From an uncultured virus (IMG/VR IMGVR_UViG_2814123061_000003) (taxonomy: Duplodnaviria > Heunggongvirae > Uroviricota > Caudoviricetes): 64,000 bases of DNA. Positions within the stretch are counted from its first letter, which is position 1. Every line of letters begins with the position of its first letter. The translations under genes were made by a program, and so were the position numbers. Below the pieces are notes generated by a model that searched no databases, was not told the DNA's origin, and saw nothing but the letters and a program-made list of their open reading frames with translations. Positions 29,795-38,483 of this stretch are shown here, in pieces. The stretch is taken from the IMG/VR virus record IMGVR_UViG_2814123061_000003, one strand, 5' to 3'.

Positions 29795-30145
29795 ATGGAA
29801 ATGTTGATTGATCCAACGACCGGCGATTATACCGGCGACAGCTCAGACTCTTTAGCGAATGCCGTCTACTTACGGCTGATGACCCCCCTTGGCTCATGGT
29901 GGGCTGATCCAACTCTGGGCTCTCTTTTACATACTCTTCGCCGCGAAAAGGATGTTTCCCGCGTTCAGAAACTCGCGGTGCAGTATTCGCAGCAGGCCCT
30001 GAAGCCGATTATTGATGACGGTCGCGCTAAGTCCATTTCCGTAACTGCAGAGCACTGGCAAAAAGGCTGGATGCTTCTTCATATCATCGTCACGTCCGCG
30101 AGCGGAACGCCGCAGACCTGGAAATTTCCGGTTAAGGTCAGCTGA
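29795..30145 (+). CDS. Mu gp46-like baseplate protein
   Basis: GSWWADPTLGSLLH...ALKPIIDDGRA. Confidence 0.9.
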   Translation: MEMLIDPTTGDYTGDSSDSLANAVYLRLMTPLGSWWADPTLGSLLHTLRREKDVSRVQKLAVQYSQQALKPIIDDGRAKSISVTAEHWQKGWMLLHIIVTSASGTPQTWKFPVKVS

Positions 30146-31212
30146 TGCCATTCATTACCAAAAATGCCGCGCAAATTCGCACCGATATTCTGCGGGATAT
30201 CAAAAATCTCCTGCAGTTGTCAGATGACAAGCTGGGGCCAGACAGCGACTGGTATGTCCGGGCGTCAAGTGTGGCCAGCGTTGCCGAGGGGCTTTATCAG
30301 CATCAGGGATGGATAGTCCGTCAGATATTCCCGGATACAGCTGATTCCGAATTTCTCTATCTGCATGCCCGTTTACGTGGTTTAAGCAAAAAAGCGGCCA
30401 ACAGCGCCTCCGGGCCCGCCACATTTACCGGCGAACCGGGCGCGGCAGCTGCCGCCGGTCTTGTGTTCAAACGCGACAGTGTATCGTGGACAACAACCGA
30501 AGAAATTACTATCGGGTCGGATGGAAAAGCATCCGTAAATGCAATGTCTTCTCTGTCCGGGACTGCGGGTAATACCACCTCAGTCACATCGGCAACGCTG
30601 ACCACTACACCTGACGGGTTTGACAGCACAGTGACCGTTGGTCTGATGACTGGCGGTACGGATGAGGAAACTGATGCGGAGCTGCTTGCCCGTCTGCTTG
30701 AAATCATTCGCCGACCTCCTGCAGGCGGTAATAAATATGATTACAAACGCTGGGCACTGGAAGTATCCGGCGTATCTGCAGCGTATGTTTATCCGTTGCG
30801 ACGGGGGCTGGGCACTGTTGATGTTGTTATTACGTCTGCAGGTGGGCTGCCTTCTCAGGATGTGATCGACAGGACGCAGACTCACATTGACGATGTCCGG
30901 CCTGTTACAGCAAAAAACACGCTGGTTCTCATGCCTGCCATCCGTACATTTGACGTGCTCGTAAAGGTATCACTGGAAGGCATCACCCTCGCCTCAGCCA
31001 AACAGGCTATCGCCGGAACGCTTGAGGACGATGACTCGCGCCGTGAGCCGGGAGTGGCTTTTATTCGCAGCCAGGCGGGGACACTGATTTCTCTCATTCC
31101 AGGTATCACCGACTATGACATCGTTACACCATCCGCAAATATTCAGCCTGTGATCGATGCCACGAAAGTCGAATGGCTTAGATTAGGAAGTGTGGAGGTA
31201 GAGCTGCTATGA
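30145..31212 (+). CDS. Baseplate J/gp47 protein
   Basis: QIFPDTAD, GGTDEETDAELLARL, GGNKYDYKRWA. Confidence 0.92.
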   Translation: MPFITKNAAQIRTDILRDIKNLLQLSDDKLGPDSDWYVRASSVASVAEGLYQHQGWIVRQIFPDTADSEFLYLHARLRGLSKKAANSASGPATFTGEPGAAAAAGLVFKRDSVSWTTTEEITIGSDGKASVNAMSSLSGTAGNTTSVTSATLTTTPDGFDSTVTVGLMTGGTDEETDAELLARLLEIIRRPPAGGNKYDYKRWALEVSGVSAAYVYPLRRGLGTVDVVITSAGGLPSQDVIDRTQTHIDDVRPVTAKNTLVLMPAIRTFDVLVKVSLEGITLASAKQAIAGTLEDDDSRREPGVAFIRSQAGTLISLIPGITDYDIVTPSANIQPVIDATKVEWLRLGSVEVELL

Positions 31213-31781
31213 GCTACTTCACGCTGTTAAATCGTCTGCTGCCACTCGTTTCGTACAGTCCGGGCCAGCCTCTGCTTGATGCATCATTGCGATCAGAATC
31301 AGGTGTTTTTGACACTCTCGATGCGTCTGCAGGGCTTGTTGAAGGAGGAGTTACTCCATTTTATGCACGCAGCCTTTTGTCTGACTGGGAACGTGTCCTG
31401 GACCTTACTCCTGCTGAAGGTGCGACATACCAGCAACGCCAGCAGCGTGTACTGGCCAAACTGGCTGAGGTCGGTGGTCTCAGTATTCCTTATTTTATCC
31501 AGCTGGCCAGTAACCTTGGCTACATCATCACAATTGATGAACCGCAACCTTTCAGGGCGGGAGTTAACCGCGCCGGTGATCGCCTCTGGGTTGAAGACAT
31601 TATCTGGGTCTGGCGCGTCAATATTCAGAACTCTGGAACACAATCCTATCGCTTTCGCTCAGGCAGTTCAGCAGCAGGTGAGCGCCTGACTACCTTTGGT
31701 GATCCGGTTATTGAAGAAGTCTTCCGCGATCTCAAACCAGCTCATACATTTTGCTACTTCGCATATCAGGAGAATGAATAA
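31209..31781 (+). CDS. Mu gp48-like baseplate protein (DUF2313/YmfQ)
   Basis: LLSDWERVL, GGLSIPYF, LKPAHT. Confidence 0.9.
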   Translation: MSYFTLLNRLLPLVSYSPGQPLLDASLRSESGVFDTLDASAGLVEGGVTPFYARSLLSDWERVLDLTPAEGATYQQRQQRVLAKLAEVGGLSIPYFIQLASNLGYIITIDEPQPFRAGVNRAGDRLWVEDIIWVWRVNIQNSGTQSYRFRSGSSAAGERLTTFGDPVIEEVFRDLKPAHTFCYFAYQENE

Positions 31782-32485
31782 TGCGGCCCTTAATGCCACC
31801 GGTGCAGACGCCGGATAATCTTTTCCATGATGGTAATCCGCTCACTGGTGAGCTGGGAACCATAGTTGATGCTGAACACCTGAATAATGAACAAGCCGCT
31901 ATCCGCGATATACAAAGTGAGCTGATTGCTATTCTAACAGCAGCGGAAATGGAACCAGAATCGACGGCAGGCCAGCTGTTAGCTGCGTTGAATAAACTTT
32001 ATGCCCCACTTAACGATACTTTGGGAGCGCTTTCCAGTCTGGTCGGAGGGGCTAATAAACTCCCATATTTCACCGCCGCTAATGCTGCCGCTTTAACAGC
32101 ATTATCCAGCATTGGTCGGGACATCGTCGGCAAAGCAACGGTTGCTGACGTTCTCACATACCTTGGTTTGCAATACTCGATCAGTGAACCAGATACAGAA
32201 ACTGTTGTTTACACACTTCCTGGTGGATATAAGCTCATGGCTTTTAACCGATTAGTGAACAACTCAACCACTGTCGGTACGGGTGTAACAACCCCCATTA
32301 CGTTCCCTCAGGCCTTCCCTTCGCGATTGATTGCTGTGTTCGCTACGAAGAAAAACTATGTTCAGGCAGCTGTGAGTTGCGAGAACCAGTCGCTGACTGG
32401 CTTTGATGCGGTGGTAACGCTAATTACAACTATCGCGGGTGGTATTACAAGCACTCGCGCAATGTTTTTCGCTATTGGGAAATGA
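31781..32485 (+). CDS. Tail fibre S (constant part plus currently expressed variable part)
   Basis: Mu S-like N-terminus FHDGNP; crosses inversion site at VLTYLGL; C-terminal ITFPQAFP domain. Confidence 0.85.
   Translation: MRPLMPPVQTPDNLFHDGNPLTGELGTIVDAEHLNNEQAAIRDIQSELIAILTAAEMEPESTAGQLLAALNKLYAPLNDTLGALSSLVGGANKLPYFTAANAAALTALSSIGRDIVGKATVADVLTYLGLQYSISEPDTETVVYTLPGGYKLMAFNRLVNNSTTVGTGVTTPITFPQAFPSRLIAVFATKKNYVQAAVSCENQSLTGFDAVVTLITTIAGGITSTRAMFFAIGK
32151..32176 (+). other. Left invertase crossover site (gix/pix-like)
   Basis: TTCTCACATACC-TT-GGTTTGCAATAC fits the 12-2-12 Hin/Gin-family site format. Confidence 0.8.
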
Positions 32486-32919
32486 CCATGAAATATTTCT
32501 ACAGTGCTAAAAATAATGCGTTTTATTACTACGGCTGGAAAGATGAATATGATGCTGCTGGTACATGGCCAGATGATGCAATTGAAGTGACCGACGATAT
32601 TCATGAAAAATATTCGGCAGATCCACCTAAAGGAAAAATTTTAACTGCTGGCGCTGACGGTATGCCTGCCTGGGGAGAAACGCCTCCACTGACTCACGAT
32701 GAGAATGTAGCTCAGGCCGAAGGTGAAAGAAAAAATCGTATTGGAGTAGCGAACGATTTTATGAACAGCAGGCAATGGCCTGGTAAGGCTGCTATCGGGA
32801 GACTGAAGGGGGATGATCTTACACAATATAATCTGTGGCTGGATTATATTGATGCACTAGAGGCCGTTGATACCTCCAGCGCACCTAATATCGAATGGCC
32901 TACTCCCCCGGAGGTGTAG
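32482..32919 (+). CDS. Tail fibre assembly chaperone U
   Basis: WPDDAIEV, GMPAW, APNIEWPTPP (Tfa family). Confidence 0.88.
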   Translation: MTMKYFYSAKNNAFYYYGWKDEYDAAGTWPDDAIEVTDDIHEKYSADPPKGKILTAGADGMPAWGETPPLTHDENVAQAEGERKNRIGVANDFMNSRQWPGKAAIGRLKGDDLTQYNLWLDYIDALEAVDTSSAPNIEWPTPPEV

Positions 32920-33325
32920 GCCATACGGGTTTTGCTGTATCAACTCGCATCAGCAAGACCCGGTATTTTTTCCACTCACCGAGCGACGAAGTTTCCTGCT
33001 CTGTGGCTATTTCGGCATCAACAGCATCCTGCCGCCAGTCGATTTCAGCGTCAGCTTTTGCACGAAGTGTGGCTTTCATGTTTTCGGCATCTGATATTTT
33101 CTGTTCTGGTGAAAGCGGCGGCTCATCAACCCATGCAAGAGCCCCTGAAACCATTTCCAACATTTTGCCTGTCGGCTTATTTCCCCCATTAAATCTGACA
33201 GCATCCTCATCGCTGATTTCAATACCATCCTGCGGCCATGTCTCCTCCTTGATATAACTTTCGTACAGCACTGCATTGTAGATTGCATTTTCGGACGGGC
33301 TGTAAACACTTTTAATTTTATTCAT
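32900..33325 (-). CDS. Alternative tail fibre assembly chaperone U'
   Basis: WKKYRVLLMRVDTAKPVWPTPP (Tfa family); inverted orientation. Confidence 0.88.
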   Translation of the reverse strand: MNKIKSVYSPSENAIYNAVLYESYIKEETWPQDGIEISDEDAVRFNGGNKPTGKMLEMVSGALAWVDEPPLSPEQKISDAENMKATLRAKADAEIDWRQDAVDAEIATEQETSSLGEWKKYRVLLMRVDTAKPVWPTPPGE

Positions 33326-33329
33326 TCTG

Positions 33330-33736
33330 TTATCTCCCTTTCGCTATATAGCAAAGATTAAACCCACCGCTACCTGACATACGGCCTGTAAAACCCGTTC
33401 TTGAAGTACCAACTGAGTTAACTCCATAAGCAGGCATGGTTGTCGGGGAAAGCTGAGACTCCTGGATATCTGCCATTGACAGAGTAATTGATTCGACCCG
33501 CGCGGGGAAAGGTACCGGAAAAACAACACTCGTCCCTGTTTGTCCATTGGGGAAACCGAAAATACCCCATTGTGTAATTACCCCATCCGGCCCCTTACTC
33601 CATCCAGATTTACTACTCACCCATGACGATCCTGATTCTGAGTAGCCCGTTGTAAAACTACTCATATCTGGTACTTGCCCGGTACCTGTTCCGACGTTCT
33701 TCGTTGCCGCTGTTCCCAAACCAACATTTTTGAGAA
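33330..33736 (-). CDS. Silent alternative tail fibre variable segment S'
   Basis: GLGTAATKNVGTGTGQVPDMSSF, ITQWG, VFPVPFP; begins at right crossover site in frame for fusion to S. Confidence 0.85.
33711..33736 (-). other. Right invertase crossover site
   Basis: Reverse complement TTCTCAAAAATG-TT-GGTTTGGGAACA, inverted to the left site with the same TT core. Confidence 0.8.
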
Positions 33737-33790
33737 TGACCATCTAGCTCACCAGTGGCATGCTTTCTGCCTTTTGCAGGGGATAAAACC

Positions 33791-34063
33791 ATGCTTATTG
33801 GGTATGTCAGGGTGTCAACAAATGACCAGAACACCGCATTGCAGCGAACCGCGCTGGAATGCGCAGGATGTGAACTGATATTTGAAGAAAAGATCAGCGG
33901 AAAAACCTCGGAGCGTCCAGGGCTAAAGCGAGTGCTTAAGACCCTGGGAAAGGGGGATACGCTTGTGGTATGGAAACTAGATCGCCTTGGGCGCAGCATG
34001 CGGCATCTTGTCCTGTTGGTATCCACCCTTTATCGTAGGTTCCCGGCTTCATCATTTGAATGA
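33791..34063 (+). pseudogene. gin: Gin/Pin-type serine invertase with in-frame internal deletion
   Basis: IGYVRVS and WKLDRLGRS catalytic motifs fused near 34020 directly to the family's terminal VSTLYRRFPA; only 90 aa. Confidence 0.88.
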
Positions 34064-34075
34064 GATAAGCAGCGT

Positions 34076-34174
34076 GGCGTTTTAATTTGCACCGTGCGCA
34101 ATAGCGGTTTTTCGCTCTCTTGCTGCGGTGCATAATTTAATGCGTTTCGGTGCGAAAAATTTCGCCGCGCTACA
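34076..34174 (+). repeat. Mu-like right end with three transposase-binding sites and terminal CA
   Basis: CGGTGCATAATTTAATGC (34126), CGGTGCGAAAAATTTCGC (34148), inverted CGGTGCAAATTAAAACGC (34077-34094); TACA ends at 34174. Confidence 0.8.
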
Positions 34175-34439
34175 GTATATAGCGATACAGGGGGCATTGT
34201 GAGGTTTCACTTAGGGACGAGGAAGGATTTTAGATACAGCTTCGCACCCAGTGGGTTTGAATTTTCCGTATAAAATAAAGCAAATACTTTTTATCACTAA
34301 CTAATGGTATGGTCAAGGAAAAATTTAAATTTCTCGACTTTTTATAGTAAAAACGTACAATAGTCGCATCAAATGTGAATCAGCAGCGAGGGCGAACAAC
34401 ATGAGATGACTTTTAATTTAGACAACAAAGGGGGTCTCT

Positions 34440-34820
34440 ATGACCGTATCAAAACGTGGCCGTGTGCCAAAAACAATCAAAGAAGCAGTACAAGCACAGT
34501 TTGCTCACATGGGGGAGGGCTATACAACACTTACAAAGTGGAAGAAGACTGAAAGCGTAGCCTACTTTAGTGTCTTTCGTGAGTTGCCAAATGAACCAGA
34601 ACCAATAATCTATACATTTGCTATTCATGGTGATGAAATACGCTACACATGTTGTGACGTGAACACCTGTGAAGCAACTCAGATATCATTAGCCTACTCA
34701 GAGGATGCTTTCTTTCAGTTCATGTTCAAATGTAATCTACCATTAGAATTTGAAGCATTTTCAGAAATAATACGTCTGATAACTGTACATGGGATAGGCG
34801 TTTCAGCATTCTATAAATAA
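34440..34820 (+). CDS. Hypothetical protein
   Basis: SD GGGGG; followed by hairpin AGAGGCAT/ATGCCTCT. Confidence 0.65.
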   Translation: MTVSKRGRVPKTIKEAVQAQFAHMGEGYTTLTKWKKTESVAYFSVFRELPNEPEPIIYTFAIHGDEIRYTCCDVNTCEATQISLAYSEDAFFQFMFKCNLPLEFEAFSEIIRLITVHGIGVSAFYK

Positions 34821-34913
34821 AAAGAATGAGAGGCATAATATGATGCCTCTTCTATATCAACTCCTACTTTTGCTAGTCACTATAAATAGTACTACATGAA
34901 TAGGAGAATGATT

Positions 34914-35108
34914 ATGATTTGGTTAGGTAATGTACTCATTGAAGTACTTGCTACTATTGTATATATGTTTGTACTATTCCCACTTTGGGTAGTGCTATAT
35001 CTTTGTTTTATGGTTTTAGTGTTACTGTCACTTCCCCTAAAGATTACGATGATTAGAAGGTGCCTCGGAGTTAGTAACTCACAAGATTCTACAAAAGAAG
35101 ATAATTAA
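34914..35108 (+). CDS. Small hydrophobic membrane protein (holin candidate)
   Basis: SD TAGGAG 7 nt upstream; about 40 hydrophobic residues then charged tail; TATAAATA at 34881. Confidence 0.55.
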   Translation: MIWLGNVLIEVLATIVYMFVLFPLWVVLYLCFMVLVLLSLPLKITMIRRCLGVSNSQDSTKEDN

Positions 35109-35377
35109 AACGTAAGACAGAAAAATGAAACGGGATTTGTTTACATGGTATAATATAAGTATCTTGGGACACTTGGGGATCTATGTCCTATAATAAGATA
35201 TTGCTATTTGTATGAAGTCGAAAAACATCCAGATAGCCGAAATCCCCACTCTAATTACAGAGAATAAATAGTAGTAATAACATTATAATCCCTCCTATTG
35301 CTAATTAAAGATAGTCCTTTTAGGGCTACTTTTTTACGCATGAGAACGTGAATTATGTAACACAAAAGGTATACATT

Positions 35378-35530
35378 ATGGAAAAGAAAAATAAAGATAT
35401 TTCAGTATCTATTCGTATCACGGCAGAACAAGCTGAAGCAATTCAAAAGATGCTAGTTGATACCGGCAAGGCAAAGAACCGTTCCGCAGGTATTCAGTAT
35501 TTGATCACTCAAATGATGATTCAGGGATAA
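35378..35530 (+). CDS. Ribbon-helix-helix (CopG/Arc-like) regulator
   Basis: ISVSIRIT strand, helix, NRSAGIQYLI helix; 50 aa. Confidence 0.7.
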   Translation: MEKKNKDISVSIRITAEQAEAIQKMLVDTGKAKNRSAGIQYLITQMMIQG

Positions 35531-35612
35531 ATTATATAATGGTTGTCTACTAACCACACAATAAGTAGAAACGTAGTTACAGGAAGTAACGCGAAATCAT
35601 AAGGAAACAAAC

Positions 35613-35879
35613 ATGAGAAGACAAGTAAGTTATAGTAAATTGAAAAGAACAATCAGGACTAATAGAAAGTCATTGAACAAATCAATACAAAAGAAAGAAA
35701 AGGTAAATTTCATTCGACTAACATTTTCACAGTACGAAAATATCCTACTAAGCGATATGACAAGTGCTAGAATTTGTAATGTACTAAAAGTGAATTGTGA
35801 TAAACATTTCATTAGCAATCTACGCAAAAATAAAGTTCCAGAGTATCGTGAATGGTTCAAAAAGGTACGCGGAGTGTAA
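35613..35879 (+). CDS. Basic hypothetical protein
   Basis: SD TAAGGA; Lys/Arg-rich. Confidence 0.6.
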   Translation: MRRQVSYSKLKRTIRTNRKSLNKSIQKKEKVNFIRLTFSQYENILLSDMTSARICNVLKVNCDKHFISNLRKNKVPEYREWFKKVRGV

Positions 35880-35969
35880 TACCTTCCAAAATTTTCCGGA
35901 ATAAAAAAGCCTGAGTGCTAGGAACACATCAGGCCAGTATTAATTAACATTTTTATAGGGATATTTATC

Positions 35970-36494
35970 ATGACAAAAAAGAAAGAAGCACATGAACTAA
36001 AGAAACGTGGACGAAAATCGAAAGAACACGACAATGCAGAATTACAAGATCATCTAAGAGGGGTACGCTACCTCAATCAACTTACTGATGAAGCACGTAG
36101 AGTAATATCCAATTCAGTAAAAAGTTACTTTGAGAAGAACAAGAAACGTAAGACTTTTGCAAACAAAAACATGCTGCTATTAGTAACTTCTACACGCTAC
36201 ATCACTGATATATCAATAAAGCACAATATTGAGTACTACGACGCTTTTACACAAAAGGAGTATGGCGATTCATCAGTACGTGATTACAAGATGGTTACGA
36301 TAGCCATATGTGAGGGTTTAAATGAACTTCTAAACAGTGGTAAGCCTATCAGAAGTGATACACCAGAGGGAGCACAGTACCTAACAGGTGAGGAAGCGTA
36401 TCAACTACGCGAAGCTATTGATGCTGGGTGCTCTAAAACCGATTTACTAAAGGTTATAGCTTCAATTTATCCCGAATTAAAACATTCTATGTAG
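35970..36494 (+). CDS. Hypothetical protein
   Basis: 174-aa ORF with SD AGGG. Confidence 0.7.
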   Translation: MTKKKEAHELKKRGRKSKEHDNAELQDHLRGVRYLNQLTDEARRVISNSVKSYFEKNKKRKTFANKNMLLLVTSTRYITDISIKHNIEYYDAFTQKEYGDSSVRDYKMVTIAICEGLNELLNSGKPIRSDTPEGAQYLTGEEAYQLREAIDAGCSKTDLLKVIASIYPELKHSM

Positions 36495-36923
36495 TGTTTT
36501 AATTCAGGGTCAAATGTCGTAATTAGGGTTAAAGTGGGGTTTTATAGGGGAAATTAGCGATTTAGGTGCTACATTTAGTGGTGTAAATAGCTTAAAATCA
36601 CCATATATAGTGATTCCCGAATTTCGACACCATAATTAGAAATTATTAAGACCTCTTGAACTACGTCCAAATCGGTCTTTGAGTGCCTACACTCCCTGCG
36701 GTCGTACAGTCACTGAAACACAAATTAAACCGATCCTTGCGTTTTTTCTCGCTAGTACTCGAAAAGAACGCGAGGGATTTTACTCGCTTTCGCTCAGACA
36801 AGTAACAGTACTGTCAAAGTAATTAATCAAAGTATTTGTGAGTCGCCACGGAGTCACGCCCGAACGAGTCACCCGCAAACGCAGTCGCCCGCAGAGGGCA
36901 TCACTAACAAGAAGGAATATCTA

Positions 36924-37154
36924 ATGAAACCTAACTGGAAACGCGATGGAATGAAGTCTAACGGACTCTATAACAGACAAGCACGCTCAGTACTAACAGA
37001 TACACCAAATCTCTCAGACGCTCATATAGAAGCCATAACCGACTATACAAATAAGTACATCATAGAGAACGGTAGAAGACCTTCATATACTCATATGAAT
37101 AAACAATTCGGTATTCGTGCTACTGCTACATTTTATAGAGGACTAACTAAATAA
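36924..37154 (+). CDS. Hypothetical protein
   Basis: SD AAGGA. Confidence 0.55.
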   Translation: MKPNWKRDGMKSNGLYNRQARSVLTDTPNLSDAHIEAITDYTNKYIIENGRRPSYTHMNKQFGIRATATFYRGLTK

Positions 37155-37231
37155 CCTACCATTTTTATAGGTCTGCTCATGGTCTTAATCATATGTTAGA
37201 ATCCTCATATACAAACGTCAGGGAAAACAAA

Positions 37232-37759
37232 ATGCAAATAATGAGGATGACATATGACGACATTGATAAAAATGGCTATGCCAAATTACACGTCTATGGA
37301 ATAGGAACTTTCTCAGTATTCAGTGGGCAAAACCCATATACCAATGATCCCAACTGTGCATTCATGCCAAACAGTGCAATCCCAACCGGGCGTTACTGGA
37401 TAGTAGACAGACCAACTGGATCAGTAGTGAATCAGATACGGGCATGGGGTGTTGATACAATAACTGGTAATGATCACTCAGAATGGTTTGCACTCTTCAG
37501 TGCTCAAACCATGACAGATAGCATTCTGATTAATGGTGTATCGCGTGGTAGTTTCCGTTTGCATCCATTACGGCCAGATGGAACGGGTGTATCAGAGGGA
37601 TGCATAACATTCGTCAATCGCCCTGATTTCTATACTGTACGTAGTCAGTTGCTACGTACTAAAAAGGTTAAAGTACCAGGTTCCAGAACTGGATTAATGG
37701 CGTATGGCTGGGTGGACGTACAAGGGAGGAGCAACTATGCGAACTGTAGGATTCGTTAA
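37232..37759 (+). CDS. DUF2778/Tlde1-like L,D-peptidase-fold protein
   Basis: FSVFSG, IPTGRYWIVDRP, WFAL, RGSFRLHP...SEGCIT (His/Cys). Confidence 0.85.
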   Translation: MQIMRMTYDDIDKNGYAKLHVYGIGTFSVFSGQNPYTNDPNCAFMPNSAIPTGRYWIVDRPTGSVVNQIRAWGVDTITGNDHSEWFALFSAQTMTDSILINGVSRGSFRLHPLRPDGTGVSEGCITFVNRPDFYTVRSQLLRTKKVKVPGSRTGLMAYGWVDVQGRSNYANCRIR

Positions 37760-38012
37760 GTATGCAGCCTTATATAGTATCTGCATCATCTTTTCATGGT
37801 GGCTATCAAGCTTTGGTAAGCCCCTGAACGGCATAACGCAATGGGCTATGGATACCGCCTATAGTACTTTCGGTTCCGGCCTGAGCGGGTCATATGAAGC
37901 TGATGCAGATCCAGTAAGATTCATAGCCTTAATCGTGATGGTACTCATCTACGCTACGGTACTGTTCCTGCTCATACGCTTAGCCCTCATAAAGTTCCAG
38001 AACAAACGCTAA
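37737..38012 (+). CDS. Two-TM membrane protein (possible partner or immunity)
   Basis: SD GGAGG; overlaps DUF2778 gene. Confidence 0.65.
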   Translation: MRTVGFVKYAALYSICIIFSWWLSSFGKPLNGITQWAMDTAYSTFGSGLSGSYEADADPVRFIALIVMVLIYATVLFLLIRLALIKFQNKR

Positions 38013-38154
38013 TACCTCATTTTATTAAGTACCCTCACTGGATATAGTGGGGGTAATTTTCATATAGCTATATGTACTGTTTACGTGCTGAATTCAAATT
38101 ATTAGTAAATACATAGAAGGCTTAACAGTACTAACCCACTATGGAATTTTTGAA

Positions 38155-38427
38155 ATGATAAGAATGGAATTTAACAACAACGATGATGGAACATATTACT
38201 TTCTCTATGTTACAGAGGAAGTACGCATTGAAACTAATGGTATTGATGGCCTTCAAATGGAAACCCGCGATTCGCGAGTATGGGATTTAGGCGAACCTTT
38301 TCAGTATCTAACCATAAGCGAACGTAAGGAGGAGTATTTTAACGAAAGTTTAATCAATCCTTACATTGATACAGTAAGAAAAGCCGCTGAAATTATCTTT
38401 TACTCATTATATGAAAGTGCTGTATAA
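38155..38427 (+). CDS. Hypothetical protein
   Basis: ORF preceded by TAAATAC at 38106. Confidence 0.55.
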   Translation: MIRMEFNNNDDGTYYFLYVTEEVRIETNGIDGLQMETRDSRVWDLGEPFQYLTISERKEEYFNESLINPYIDTVRKAAEIIFYSLYESAV

Positions 38428-38457
38428 CAGTTAGAGAATATTTAATCTCCAGTTATA

Positions 38458-38478
38458 TCCACCTCGTATGAGGTGGAA
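38458..38478. terminator. Probable bidirectional terminator hairpin
   Basis: TCCACCTC-GTAT-GAGGTGGA between convergent genes. Confidence 0.6.
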
Positions 38479-38483
38479 TGTGA

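Larger units (their letters stand above)
1..34174 (+). mobile_element. Mu-like transposable prophage (left end outside window)
   Basis: Mu gene order: repressor-ner-A-B-middle genes-mor-lysis-terminase-portal-F-G-I-T-sheath-tube-TMP-baseplate-S/U-gin; right end with three related binding sites and terminal CA. Confidence 0.95.

Noticed and set aside
1140..31689. Many antisense and alternate-frame ORFs (e.g. 12579..13310, 21090..21884, 25459..26073)
   Set aside because: Shadow ORFs of GC-rich genes, with no SD or family motifs
31781..33743. Diversity-generating retroelement or multi-cassette shufflon
   Set aside because: No reverse transcriptase or TR/VR pair; only two crossover sites found
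34015..34063. Second phage integrated into gin and truncated it
   Set aside because: Residues after the junction (STLYRRFPA) are the normal invertase C-terminus and the Mu right end follows, so this is an internal deletion
35970..36494. ORF as the gp55-like sigma factor
   Set aside because: Size is similar but I cannot see the gp55 motifs; needs an HMM or structure search
36840..36896. CRISPR-like array
   Set aside because: Units are 11-16 bp, degenerate, have no spacers, and no cas genes are present
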